DNA from: a virus
Lineage: Duplodnaviria; Caudoviricetes
Strand: one strand, 5' to 3'
Length of the DNA stretch: 64,000 nt
Virus record (IMG/VR): IMGVR_UViG_3300025129_000005
The notes under the pieces: generated by a model
Told to the model about the DNA's origin: nothing
Seen by the model: the letters and a program-made list of their open reading frames with translations, nothing else
Databases searched by the model: none
Position numbers and translations under genes: made by a program
Part shown: positions 45,172 through 55,493 of the stretch, piece after piece
How positions within the stretch are numbered: the stretch's first letter is position 1
Layout: every line of letters begins with the position of its first letter

Positions 45172-45387
45172 ATGGAACCAGAAATGGTAAAATGTGGTAA
45201 CTGTGAGAGTGAGGCATGGAACGAGATTATCATGTTTGCTAAGGTGTCAGCTGTGGTTAGTCAGACAGGTAAAGCGGGGATTGCTCCTGTAGGAAGTACT
45301 TATATTTGTATGAATTGTGGTACCAGTATTGAAGAATCCGATGCAGTAAAATCGTTATCCGATAAAGAATCGACCTTGATTGTTTAA
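45172..45387 (+). CDS. Zn-ribbon hypothetical protein
   Basis: CGNC...CMNCG; SD AAGGAG. Confidence 0.6.
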   Translation: MEPEMVKCGNCESEAWNEIIMFAKVSAVVSQTGKAGIAPVGSTYICMNCGTSIEESDAVKSLSDKESTLIV

Positions 45388-45431
45388 GGTTTTTGTGATA
45401 CTATTTAGTTGAGGTCGGGATAGAGGAGTCT

Positions 45432-45962
45432 ATGATGGTACTTAGGGCAAAAAAATTCGCATTAAAGGCTCATGAGGGCGATACATACGGGAAAAACTAT
45501 CCCTACTCTAAACATTTGAATGATGTTTACAACGTTTTGGTGACATTTGGAGTCTTTGATGAAAAGGTTCTCATGGTAGCATGGTTACATGACACCATTG
45601 AGGATACAATGGTTGTTTTTGAGGACATAGAAGGTGAGTTTGGTACTCAAATAGCAAATCTAACTTATCTGTTGACCGATAAACAGGGAAAGAATCGTAA
45701 GGAACGGCAAGGACTAACATATCCCTTATTGGCAGAAGATCATTATGCAAGGTTGGTAAAACTTGCTGATCGTATTGTTAACGTCACTATGACAATGCAT
45801 GATAGCCAAGAAAAATTTGGTATGTATGCCAAAGAATTTCCTTATTTTATGGAAACCTTTATACCTAAAATGAAACCCGCTGATGAATATCATGACGTTG
45901 AAGTTCATATGTGGGAACATCTTAAAAAATTGATGGTGGTTGGACCTTTTATCGAATACTAA
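45432..45962 (+). CDS. RelA/SpoT-type HD hydrolase (small alarmone hydrolase/Mesh1-like)
   Basis: AH...PYSKHL, WLHDTIEDT, LLTD, LVKLADRIVN. Confidence 0.82.
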   Translation: MMVLRAKKFALKAHEGDTYGKNYPYSKHLNDVYNVLVTFGVFDEKVLMVAWLHDTIEDTMVVFEDIEGEFGTQIANLTYLLTDKQGKNRKERQGLTYPLLAEDHYARLVKLADRIVNVTMTMHDSQEKFGMYAKEFPYFMETFIPKMKPADEYHDVEVHMWEHLKKLMVVGPFIEY

Positions 45963-46046
45963 ATTTTACCCTTGACGTTGACATAAATGCCGTGGTACAA
46001 TTCCTTGTAATGAGGTTCTATCACGGCTTTTTTATTGGAGGAAGTT

Positions 46047-46250
46047 ATGAAACGGAGATATTTTTTCGAAGAAACGAAAGGACTCAAGGCTGACATTAAA
46101 CGTCACCGTGAGACTGAGCAAGAACTGCGTGACAAGATTTCCGAATCCGAGGCAAACGATCAAGAAGCATTCGCCCGTTCCTATCGTAACCTTCTGGACA
46201 TTCTTCTGTGTTCCAAAGCACAAGTTGTTGGTAAGATTGGAAAAAAATAA
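46047..46250 (+). CDS. Small coiled-coil hypothetical protein
   Basis: SD GGAGG; TTGAC..-TACAAT promoter upstream. Confidence 0.55.
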   Translation: MKRRYFFEETKGLKADIKRHRETEQELRDKISESEANDQEAFARSYRNLLDILLCSKAQVVGKIGKK

Positions 46251-46308
46251 CTAAAGAGAATGGAGTGTTCTTTGGGTCATTACTCTAAAGATAGGGTATA
46301 TAAAAATC

Positions 46309-46881
46309 ATGGTTGAGTGTTTTTTTAGTTCTGATCATCATCTATTCCACACGAATATTATCAAGTATTGCAACCGAACCTTTGCTAATTTGGATGAAAT
46401 GCACCAGTTTGGTATTGAAGAGTGGAATAGTGTAGTAACACCTAATGATATTGTTATCCATTTGGGTGACTATATCTGTGGTGGTACGAAAGAACAAATT
46501 ACCGAAATTACCCAACAATTGAATGGAACGAAGATTCTCATTATGGGTAACCATGACCGTAAAGGAAAACAATGGTTCTTGGATGTAGGATTTACACGTG
46601 TATTCAAACACAGGTGGTCAATGGGTATGTACTGTTTCAGTCACAGACCCCAAGAAGCCGAGTATTTGACTGCCCTTGGAGTACGATATAATCTACATGG
46701 TCATTCCCATAAACATGATTACGGTGACCCATATTACAATTTCGGGGTTGATGTAGTGGGTTGGAGACCAAAGAAAGTGAAATTAAATTTAGAAAAGGAT
46801 GATTTATTAAATGGCGAAGGTATAACCGCCCCTGATGAGTTGATTGACTATAAACACGGTAAGAAAAGGAACTATGTATAA
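46309..46881 (+). CDS. Calcineurin-like metallophosphoesterase
   Basis: SDHHLFH, HLGD, MGNHD, SH.P, NLHGHSH, GVD. Confidence 0.85.
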   Translation: MVECFFSSDHHLFHTNIIKYCNRTFANLDEMHQFGIEEWNSVVTPNDIVIHLGDYICGGTKEQITEITQQLNGTKILIMGNHDRKGKQWFLDVGFTRVFKHRWSMGMYCFSHRPQEAEYLTALGVRYNLHGHSHKHDYGDPYYNFGVDVVGWRPKKVKLNLEKDDLLNGEGITAPDELIDYKHGKKRNYV

Positions 46882-46889
46882 ATACAGGT

Positions 46890-47567
46890 ATGGATATCTT
46901 TGACTATGAACATACAGGTATAATTTACAGGGTCACTAACTTGACCAATGGTAAACTATATGTGGGTCAGACCACCAGACCACTACGCCAGAGGTATAGT
47001 CAACATAGAAGGTTTAAGAATGGCACGTTGTATCCTGTCATACAGAAGTATTCAGACGAAGAGTTGTTGTGGGAAATAGTTTGTGAGTGTTCTAATATTG
47101 ATGACCTGAATTATTGTGAGGATTTTATAATAAGACGATATGTGTCTGATGGATATACCTTATACAATAGAACCGTTGGTGGTGGTCTTAATGCAGAACA
47201 TACCGATGAGGTTAAAAAGAGGATAAGTGATTCGTTGAAGGGTAGGTTTACTGGTGAAGACAATTCCATGTATGGATGTATAGGTGCCTATCATGGAAAA
47301 TCTCTATCAGAAGAACATAGAAGGAAGATGAGTGAATCCCATAAGGGTAAACCATTAACCAATGAACACAGAGCATTGATAAGTGATGGTATGAAATATT
47401 CGTATTCTGTTTACTTTGATGATGGAAGTGTGAGAGAATACATAAATGCCGACCAGAGGGATATTTGTAAAGAAATTGGACTTGGTTCAGCGGTAACGTT
47501 CCGTTCCTTTTTTGGTGACAGAAAACCCTTTAAAGGTATAGTAAAGATAGAAAAAATGAAATTGTGA
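46890..47567 (+). mobile_element. Free-standing GIY-YIG homing endonuclease with NUMOD3 repeats
   Basis: GIIYRVTNLTNGKLYVGQT; YN...GG; SEEHRRKMSESHKGK; own late promoter at 46877. Confidence 0.85.
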
Positions 47568-47575
47568 GGTAGTAT

Positions 47576-47875
47576 ATGGCAAAGGTAAACTTAAGTGTCA
47601 CAAGGACGCTTACTATAAACACGGGAAATTACGAAAGTATTAAACCATCGGTAACATTAACTGTTGTTGATGTTGACCCTGATAATGTGAGTGATGCCTA
47701 TTTAGCAGTAGAAGAGGCAATCAGCGGTTTAATTAAGATGGAAATCTTGAATTGTTATAGTGATGGGAAGAAATTAAGCGAAGGAATTGATCGATATTGT
47801 CGTGACGTTAACAATAATATGGCAGAAATTGGTACAAACATTGAGAAATCTCTTCATGAACTGAGCAAATTTTAA
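47576..47875 (+). CDS. Hypothetical protein
   Basis: SD GAGGT; TINTGNYESIK. Confidence 0.6.
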   Translation: MAKVNLSVTRTLTINTGNYESIKPSVTLTVVDVDPDNVSDAYLAVEEAISGLIKMEILNCYSDGKKLSEGIDRYCRDVNNNMAEIGTNIEKSLHELSKF

Positions 47876-47911
47876 TAAATAAAAGAAATATGTTAAAACA
47901 GGAGAACGTTT

Positions 47912-48184
47912 ATGCCCCGTTGCGTAAAATGTGATAAATATTTTCATCCAGATTTCAGTGTTTTAATGGAACCGAACACCGGAAGCAAGGCATGCAAATG
48001 TGTATTTTGTTATACAGAAAAAAATGAAGTAACTGTTGCCAGTGAAGAAACAGGTAAACCAGACTATGTAGTAACCAAACAACAAGCAATTGAAAATTAC
48101 AGAGTTTATATTGCAAAATTAAAAGATGATCCGAAAGTTGCAAAAGTGTTAACCGGAAATGAATCAAATAAATTTTCTATATAG
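47912..48184 (+). CDS. Zn-finger hypothetical protein
   Basis: CVKC...CVFC. Confidence 0.6.
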   Translation: MPRCVKCDKYFHPDFSVLMEPNTGSKACKCVFCYTEKNEVTVASEETGKPDYVVTKQQAIENYRVYIAKLKDDPKVAKVLTGNESNKFSI

Positions 48185-48204
48185 AAGGATAGGTGGTGTG
48201 AAAA

Positions 48205-48723
48205 ATGGAACCAGTGATTGTGCTTAATGCAGATTATTCATTCCTAAGTGTTACTTCATGGCAAAATGCTATTTGTCTTTTGTATGAAGGAAAGGCTCAT
48301 CCCGTTGAAGAATCAGACCGAGTTGTACGTAATTTTGACGGAACAGTTAAAATGATTGTTCCTATGATGATTCGTGTGATTACGTATATTCGTAAAAGAT
48401 TTGGTCAAAGTGTGCCGTACTCAAAAAGAAATGTTTTTATGAGAGATGACCAAACCTGTCAATTCTGTGGGACATATATTGAATATGAATCAGATTGTAC
48501 TATCGATCATGTGATACCTAAATCAAGAGGAGGAAAGTCAACTTTTGAGAATTGCGTTACTGCATGTAAACCTTGTAATCATAGGAAAGCTGACCGCTTA
48601 TGCTCTGAATCCAAAATGTTTTTGAGACGAAAGCCATTTAGACCTACGATTGGGGAATATGTTCAATATTGGACTAAAAAGTATAGAATTCATGAAAGGA
48701 TTGAAATGTCAATGAAAGATTGA
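48205..48723 (+). CDS. HNH endonuclease (McrA-like, HNH_5)
   Basis: VLNADY, RNVFMRD..CQFCG, TIDHVIPKSRGG, NCVTAC..CN. Confidence 0.9.
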   Translation: MEPVIVLNADYSFLSVTSWQNAICLLYEGKAHPVEESDRVVRNFDGTVKMIVPMMIRVITYIRKRFGQSVPYSKRNVFMRDDQTCQFCGTYIEYESDCTIDHVIPKSRGGKSTFENCVTACKPCNHRKADRLCSESKMFLRRKPFRPTIGEYVQYWTKKYRIHERIEMSMKD

Positions 48724-49493
48724 TAACAAGGGGTGGTTTTCTTTTAAATCACCTCTTTTGTCATTTACATATCTCAAATTTTACATTATATTGTCACTCG
48801 TATAAAATTAATAATATAAATGATGGAGTATATTTAGTGATTACAAATAAAGATGTGTATATTTCCTTTAGAAGGGCACAAGGAAACTCAAGTGGTAGAG
48901 GATTTCGTATTCCGAAGGATTGGGATCAGTTCCTTGAAAAGATGAATCCTAATAACCTTAAATGGTTGAATGATGCTACTATGTACTTTAACACAACATA
49001 TTCTAATATCGATCTTGATGTATATATGTCATGTGGTTTTGAGTTATGGAAAGGGTTTACATATAAACACCTTCTTAATGAAAAGGTTATTAATTTATAT
49101 ATCCATAAAGATAAAGTTTGTAAAAGAAAGATTGAAGTTACTCACCAAGAAATCAAAGATTCATTTGACAATATTTTTGATTACATGTTGGATAAACCTA
49201 TCAGACCCGGATATAGTGAATTACAGAATTTTTGCAAATTCCGCGACGGTGAGATAAGAGTCTGTGTGAATATGTATGTACAGGGAAATATTGACTCAAT
49301 AACATTAGCTTACTGTGTTAATAAAGGGTATATAAATCTCACTGATGATGAACGCGCACTTTCTCCCTACCTTGTGAAGCGATACAGGGAAATATTAGCG
49401 CAACTTGAAGACATAAAACCATTTATCATACAAAAGGAGAATGAATTGAATGAAAAAGTCAGAGGACAAACCTTATCTCGAGAAACCTCTTAA
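48720..49493 (+). CDS. Hypothetical protein upstream of gp32
   Basis: Long ORF in the position of T4 gp59; no motif confirmed. Confidence 0.55.
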   Translation: MITRGGFLLNHLFCHLHISNFTLYCHSYKINNINDGVYLVITNKDVYISFRRAQGNSSGRGFRIPKDWDQFLEKMNPNNLKWLNDATMYFNTTYSNIDLDVYMSCGFELWKGFTYKHLLNEKVINLYIHKDKVCKRKIEVTHQEIKDSFDNIFDYMLDKPIRPGYSELQNFCKFRDGEIRVCVNMYVQGNIDSITLAYCVNKGYINLTDDERALSPYLVKRYREILAQLEDIKPFIIQKENELNEKVRGQTLSRETS

Positions 49494-49734
49494 AAAAGAG
49501 ACAACCAAAGAACAGCTTATTTATGGTACAGGGGAAACTTTAAAGGAAAAAGAGGAAAGATCTGAGAATCAAAAAAAGATTTTGATTACCGAATAAACAA
49601 GTTAAAAAATAAATGTATTATTTGTGCTAAAAATATCAGATAGGGTTTACATAGCAACACAAAAACCTTATAATTCAGTAACCGTTAAAAGAACGGAACA
49701 GACATTAATTTAATCTACAGTATAGGAGACAAAC

Positions 49735-50709
49735 ATGAGTAAATGGCTAAGAAAAGACGATTATGATGATTTTGCTAACCAAAAAGCGAAAGAGGCAGAA
49801 AACAATAAGGATGATTCATCTAATCACTTTTTTCGAAAATGGAAAAACCCTCAAATGGGTACAGTGGATCGAGCCAAGGAATATAAAATTCGACTTTTAC
49901 CTGATCCAGTAAAGGGATTTTATAAGGAATATATGTATCACGGTTTTCGTGTTGGGGAAAAATTCAAGTATTTCCTTTGTAATAAAACCTACGGTCTTGA
50001 GGAATATTGTCCATTTTGCGAAGCTACCAAGATTCTTTATCAAGGCAACGACACAGACAAACGTAAGGCAAGTCAGTACAAACGTAACACACGTTATGTG
50101 TCTAACGTGTATGTCATTGAGGATCCTCGAGATGTAGATGTCAAGGATGAGGCATACAAAGTGAACAACACTGTTCGTTTGTATGAGTTCCCCTCTACAG
50201 TGGAATCAAAAATTTCCAATGAAATCAATGATAAAGATCAGGGATACGGAATGAAAATTTTCGATCCAGAAGATGGATTTGACTTCATCTTGAAGGTCAA
50301 AGCGAAGCCCAAGGACAAAAATGGTAAAGAATGGCCCGATTACGGTGATACAATTTTTGCCCGTAGAGCAACTCCAATTGCTGAAACAGAGGAAAAAATA
50401 TCTGAGATTATGGCGCAATGTATTTCTCTTGAAGAGTACATCAAATCTTTGGTTCTTTCTGTGGATGAGATGGAAACACTTTTGAAATCTGAGATGCTGT
50501 GGGATGATGTGGGTCATAACTTCGAGAAGTATTATAAACGTGGGACTTCGGATACCGTTATGAGTTCTTCTGATACTAAAATGTCATCAGAAAGCCCCGT
50601 TAACGCGAATACAACTCAGGAATCTCAAGCATCATCAAACGTTGCCGAATCAAATGATAATGATCAAGATGATACTGATGCATTGTTGGCAGAATTACAA
50701 AAAATGTAA
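49735..50709 (+). CDS. gp32: Single-stranded DNA-binding protein (T4 gp32-like)
   Basis: IRLLP, CPFC, YVSNVYVIEDP, FDP..GFDFILKV, acidic tail DDTDALLAEL. Confidence 0.85.
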   Translation: MSKWLRKDDYDDFANQKAKEAENNKDDSSNHFFRKWKNPQMGTVDRAKEYKIRLLPDPVKGFYKEYMYHGFRVGEKFKYFLCNKTYGLEEYCPFCEATKILYQGNDTDKRKASQYKRNTRYVSNVYVIEDPRDVDVKDEAYKVNNTVRLYEFPSTVESKISNEINDKDQGYGMKIFDPEDGFDFILKVKAKPKDKNGKEWPDYGDTIFARRATPIAETEEKISEIMAQCISLEEYIKSLVLSVDEMETLLKSEMLWDDVGHNFEKYYKRGTSDTVMSSSDTKMSSESPVNANTTQESQASSNVAESNDNDQDDTDALLAELQKM

Positions 50710-50817
50710 TCATTATAAAATCATTTAAATGTGAAAGGGTTCTTTAGTATAAATACTATTGAACCCTTTTTATTAGATTTAAAATTTATATTACTACAAG
50801 GACTGTATATTAGAGTC

Positions 50818-51372
50818 ATGACACAATTTAAAGTTTATTTGAATGAAATCACAGGAACTGTTGCTTATTGGATATCACCGAGAGGTGAAGTTCTTCCTGT
50901 ATCAACTAATCACATCGATGTTGTTATTAAAAACCCCAAAAAGTTTGGATTAACCACTGATGTGATTGAGAAGACGTATGAAAAATACAATGAACGTATG
51001 GGACAAGAAGGTAAAGCTAGAGAAGAGATAATCATTAATTTATTAAATAAAGGATTTATTCGTATTCGAAGATACAAGAATCAATACTCATTAAACATTG
51101 GCAAAATGACAAAAAAGATTAAAGATATTCTATTTGATTGGGCGGATAAACTTTTAAATACTGGTATTAATGGAATGAGGGAACGAGATAAATATATGCC
51201 CATTAAAATACTTGGATTTGGTGATAATTTTCAAAAAACCTTGACTATTCAGGATGTGGCTAATGATAAGTTATATGAAGGGGACGAGTCATTTGACATA
51301 AGCAATGCAGTAGTCATAGTCGAGTCTTCGGAGGATTTTATGTATGAACAGAAATTATTGGACAATCTATGA
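50818..51372 (+). CDS. Late hypothetical protein
   Basis: TATAAATA at 50748; MTQFKVYLNE start. Confidence 0.6.
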   Translation: MTQFKVYLNEITGTVAYWISPRGEVLPVSTNHIDVVIKNPKKFGLTTDVIEKTYEKYNERMGQEGKAREEIIINLLNKGFIRIRRYKNQYSLNIGKMTKKIKDILFDWADKLLNTGINGMRERDKYMPIKILGFGDNFQKTLTIQDVANDKLYEGDESFDISNAVVIVESSEDFMYEQKLLDNL

Positions 51373-51587
51373 TGATGATAGTAGAAAATTTCAACGAAAA
51401 TTGATAGATACTTATGCAGTTGATGTAGACTTTGATCACACATTAACAAAAGTTTTAAAGATAGTGTCTATGGGACAAGGCACGTTAGATCATTTCGATA
51501 AAGAATCCGATTTATTTGAAGTATAATTATAGATATTAATGAGAAAATAGAAAAGTAGAAACCGAAGTTTAATTGGAGAAATAATCT

Positions 51588-52109
51588 GTGGCGAAAGGAA
51601 AAGGTAAGGGTGGGACATGGGAACGTGATGTTGCTAAAACATTAACTAAATGGTTGACAGGAGTAGAGAAACCCTATGTCTGGTGGAGAGCGCCGGGTAG
51701 TGGTTCCGTGGCAACCGTGTCCATAGAAAACAAAGAACTTTCTGGTGATATAATATCATTAAGACCAGAGGGAACATTTCTTACCTCAAAGTTTAGTATT
51801 GAATGTAAGGTAGGTTACCCTAATAGTAATTTTCATAAGCATCTGAAAGGCGTTAAGAATGACGAAATCCGTCTATTCTGGGAGCAATGTTGTAACGACG
51901 CCTGTAGAGCAGATAAATTACCTATGTTGATATATAAGAAAAAACAATTTAACGCTTTGATTGGCATATCTATAATAAACGACGATTTACGAAAAATCCC
52001 TTCTATTACAATGACATGGGGCGAATGTAATAATTTATCTATATGTCATTTTTTTGACATGACAGAGTTTTTAAATACAGTAACTCCAGAGGATATTAAG
52101 ATTTTATGA
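51588..52109 (+). CDS. Holliday junction resolvase (PD-(D/E)XK, Hjc-like)
   Basis: KGKGGTWERDVAK, GDI, FSIECK. Confidence 0.78.
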   Translation: MAKGKGKGGTWERDVAKTLTKWLTGVEKPYVWWRAPGSGSVATVSIENKELSGDIISLRPEGTFLTSKFSIECKVGYPNSNFHKHLKGVKNDEIRLFWEQCCNDACRADKLPMLIYKKKQFNALIGISIINDDLRKIPSITMTWGECNNLSICHFFDMTEFLNTVTPEDIKIL

Positions 52110-52375
52110 ATACAGAGATGACGGTAGATGAGTTTCATGAGCTATTAACAGTATATATTGTTCAGTTATCTCGTGAAACCAGAGGAATGTTAAGTGATCC
52201 TAATAATACAGTATTTACTCCAGAATTTGATGATCTGTTGAGATATATTCAATCAAAAAGTTTGGGCAAAATAAAAACAGTTTACATGAGAGAAAGTGCG
52301 GCTACAAAATTAAGATATAATCGATTAAAGAAGTCCATTAAAAATGCAAATAATATAAGATTGACGGTGATATGA
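52106..52375 (+). CDS. Hypothetical protein
   Basis: Coupled ORF. Confidence 0.55.
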   Translation: MNTEMTVDEFHELLTVYIVQLSRETRGMLSDPNNTVFTPEFDDLLRYIQSKSLGKIKTVYMRESAATKLRYNRLKKSIKNANNIRLTVI

Positions 52376-52809
52376 GTAGTATAGGTGTACATTCAGATGA
52401 ATTTTGTGATATTGTCATGATATATCTATTTGATATGTTACGTGACGAAGGTCTTTTGCCTGAAAATATAAGATTTGTCGATTTTATTAAAAAAATGGAA
52501 GGGAGAGGAGCAAAAGCAATACTTTATGGAAAGTATTTGGATATGAATACCAATACCAGAATAAAGTACAAGATGATCAAAGATGCTCTACAGGGGACAG
52601 GTGTCGCCAGAATTGAGATAAATAAAGGTGAAACGGAATATATAAACGAAGATGTCCCATTTGATCGCGAACTATGCAAACAAATATTCAGGACGATAAA
52701 AGATGTGCGTATGAAGCATCCTTCCAAGATATTACGAGAGGATAGGATAGATAAAATAATAGATTATTGTGTGGAACAAAAAAAGAAAATGGAGGCACAG
52801 AATGGGTGA
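52372..52809 (+). CDS. Hypothetical protein
   Basis: Coupled ORF. Confidence 0.55.
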   Translation: MSSIGVHSDEFCDIVMIYLFDMLRDEGLLPENIRFVDFIKKMEGRGAKAILYGKYLDMNTNTRIKYKMIKDALQGTGVARIEINKGETEYINEDVPFDRELCKQIFRTIKDVRMKHPSKILREDRIDKIIDYCVEQKKKMEAQNG

Positions 52810-53164
52810 ATTTATGGGTGATAGTGGTGCTAATCACGCCAATGATAATAGAAACGTTGTAACTATGGGTGGAGAAAATCAAAACACCAATGCATCGGGA
52901 ACGGAATCACAACCTTCAGGATATGAGACTGATGTTGATGGTGTTATGGCTAATGATATCATAAAACAAGGTAAGGATGAGTTTCCTTGTTTTGATGTAT
53001 CTCCCGAAGAATTTAATCAGAACATGCAAGACGGTCGTAGACGTTTGCGTTGGAAGTCGGAATCTCCTGCACAGAAATATATGTCAGGAACAAAATATAA
53101 TCGACCTTTTTATGTTAGAACAACTGATGATTCTGGTAAAAAGTATGTCAGAAAGATTAAATAA
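52802..53164 (+). CDS. Hypothetical protein
   Basis: SD GGAGG. Confidence 0.6.
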   Translation: MGEFMGDSGANHANDNRNVVTMGGENQNTNASGTESQPSGYETDVDGVMANDIIKQGKDEFPCFDVSPEEFNQNMQDGRRRLRWKSESPAQKYMSGTKYNRPFYVRTTDDSGKKYVRKIK

Positions 53165-53217
53165 GTTTACATTTCATATTACATAACATAATATAAAAGA
53201 AAAATTGGAGTAATAAT

Positions 53218-54114
53218 TTGAAAAAAACAATTTGTTTCGACGTGAATAACCTTGCTATGAGGAATTTATTCGGTCAAGATGTTTTAAAGTACGATCCTGA
53301 TAATAGTAAGAAAGTGGTTGATATGGATACGGAAACATTCAAATTTCGTGTCTTTGATTCTATCTACAAGTCTTTGTTAAACGTTCACGGGGTCAATGAA
53401 ATAGTTTTGGCTATGGATGATAGACATTCGTGGAGAAAACTTTATTGGTCTAAATATAAATCACATCGCAAAGAATCCAGAGATAAATTAGAGTTTGATT
53501 GGGATGGATATTATGATATGTATGAAAGTTTCCTTTTGGAAATCAAAAATCATTTTCCATTTAAAGTCATTAGATGTAAAGACACCGAGGCTGATGATGT
53601 TATAGGTGTGTTATGCCTTGAAAAGCAACAGGAATGGTATATTATTTCTAACGATAAAGATTTTTTGCAATTATGTAAAAAGAATGTTACTATATATAAC
53701 CCTTTAAAAAAGACTCATGTAGCACATCCAAACCCCGAACTTTTCTTGGTAGAGGAATGCATGAAGGGTCAGGCAAAGGATAACATTTTTAATATTAAAA
53801 CGCCTTTGGAGCATCCAGATGACAAAAGAAAGCCGGGGTTTGGTGACAAAGCATTCGAAAAGGTGTTATCATATGCTGGTGGATGGGAAAAATGGTTAGA
53901 AGATAACAATTTACGTGAACGTTATGAATTTAATCGTAATTTAATGGATTTTTCTCGTATTCCCTCAGAAATAAGAAGACGTGTTCTTCGTGACTATGAC
54001 GAATATATTAAACCGAATCCTGATAATATATTAAGTTTTTTTAAGAAATATAAATGGCCGGATTATTTGGAAAATTTCACCCAAGTAGAGAATAAAATAT
54101 TGAACGTGTATTGA
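53218..54114 (+). CDS. rnh: T4 RNase H-like 5'-3' exonuclease
   Basis: FDVNN, WRK..W..YK.HRK, EADDVIG, ISNDKDFLQL, G..KDNIFN, RN..L.DF..IP. Confidence 0.88.
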   Translation: MKKTICFDVNNLAMRNLFGQDVLKYDPDNSKKVVDMDTETFKFRVFDSIYKSLLNVHGVNEIVLAMDDRHSWRKLYWSKYKSHRKESRDKLEFDWDGYYDMYESFLLEIKNHFPFKVIRCKDTEADDVIGVLCLEKQQEWYIISNDKDFLQLCKKNVTIYNPLKKTHVAHPNPELFLVEECMKGQAKDNIFNIKTPLEHPDDKRKPGFGDKAFEKVLSYAGGWEKWLEDNNLRERYEFNRNLMDFSRIPSEIRRRVLRDYDEYIKPNPDNILSFFKKYKWPDYLENFTQVENKILNVY

Positions 54115-54190
54115 CACAATACGATGAACTTGGTAATATTAATCATACTGAGTTTCCTAACCTATAACCACTAACAAAAAGGATTAATCA

Positions 54191-54394
54191 ATGAACAACT
54201 ATGACGGGGCTTACAAGGTAGTCAACAAAGAATGGCATCAATCACTTCCTCAATTTTTTGATACGTTTGAAGAAGCACTTTTGGCTCTTAACAAATGGGA
54301 TAAAGGTGCTTGTATCGAACAGATTGTTGGGGATTCCGTTGATGTAGTCTGGGAACCGAAATATGTGTTATTCATAAGTAATGTCGATTTTTAA
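54191..54394 (+). CDS. Small hypothetical protein
   Basis: SD AAGGA; TTGACA promoter near 54112. Confidence 0.5.
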   Translation: MNNYDGAYKVVNKEWHQSLPQFFDTFEEALLALNKWDKGACIEQIVGDSVDVVWEPKYVLFISNVDF

Positions 54395-54488
54395 ATAATA
54401 ACAATATATGTAAAAATTATTAAGGGTCTTAATTGACCCTTAATTTTTTTATTTACAGTTATGTTGTTGTAAAAAGGAGAAATTTGTT

Positions 54489-55028
54489 ATGAAAAAAGAA
54501 GAGTATGTTAATATGTTCTCTAACATTGCCGGACACATTTACGATACATTATTTAAGTCAGATGTCGAGATCCCGGTAAAGATCGTTTATCTTGATACTT
54601 ATAATGGTGGTGAGGACAATCAAAAACTTTTGTACGCTAAAGAAGGTGATAGTGGATTTGACCTGAGAGCATCCACAAATGAACAAGGTGGATATCAGAT
54701 TGCCCCCGGTGGTACGATTGTTGTACCGACAGGCATCAAGGTGGCTACACCAAAAGGTACAGAATTACAGGTAAGAACCCGTTCAGGTTCACCCCTTAAA
54801 AGAGGATTTAATGTCGCTAACTCTCCGGGCACAGTGGATTCTGGCTACACTGGTGAAGTTGGGGTGTTGTGTCATAACCTTTCCGATAAAGTCATTGAAA
54901 TTGAGTGTGGCGAAAGAATTGCCCAAGGTGTTATTTGTCCTGTTTATAAAGCCAACTTCGTTGAAGTTGATGAACTTGACCAGACAGAACGTGGTGAAGG
55001 TGCATACAACAGTACAGGAGTTAAATAA
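54489..55028 (+). CDS. dut: Trimeric dUTPase
   Basis: SGFDLRA, RSG, NSPGTVDSGYTGEV, ERIAQ, RGEGAYNSTG. Confidence 0.93.
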   Translation: MKKEEYVNMFSNIAGHIYDTLFKSDVEIPVKIVYLDTYNGGEDNQKLLYAKEGDSGFDLRASTNEQGGYQIAPGGTIVVPTGIKVATPKGTELQVRTRSGSPLKRGFNVANSPGTVDSGYTGEVGVLCHNLSDKVIEIECGERIAQGVICPVYKANFVEVDELDQTERGEGAYNSTGVK

Positions 55029-55088
55029 CGGACGAAGGAATTGTTGGGAATATTACGTTTAATCTAACACAAAAAATGTGAGGTAATT

Positions 55089-55427
55089 ATGGTAACTATA
55101 GACGGAAGAAAAATTCAAGAGATTAAAGAACATTATCAAGAAATGGCAAAAAAAGAGATTGATGGAGCGAGAAATGACCCTGAAACTAAAGAATTAAAAG
55201 AAGATGATATTCAGGCGATTGAGAGTAAATATCAGTTTAAAGCAAATTCTAAAATTACAGAACTTAAAAAATTAGGTCCAGAAAAATTGTTCAAATTGGG
55301 ATATGCTCATGACCTTAGTGGGTGGAGATCTGGGTACACAAAACCTACCATTGAAGCCCGAAAAGAAAAGAATCGTGCCAAAAATAAGCTGTCACGTAAA
55401 GCAAGACGATCACAGAATAAAAAATAA
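55089..55427 (+). CDS. Basic hypothetical protein
   Basis: SD GAGGT. Confidence 0.55.
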   Translation: MVTIDGRKIQEIKEHYQEMAKKEIDGARNDPETKELKEDDIQAIESKYQFKANSKITELKKLGPEKLFKLGYAHDLSGWRSGYTKPTIEARKEKNRAKNKLSRKARRSQNKK

Positions 55428-55493
55428 GATATTGTAATAAACACCGCTGCTCTGGCGACCTTATTAGAGTAGTGGTGTTTTTTGGGAGGAAAA

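Noticed and set aside
48720-49493. gp59 helicase loader call
   Set aside because: Only positional support (upstream of gp32); no sequence motif recognised
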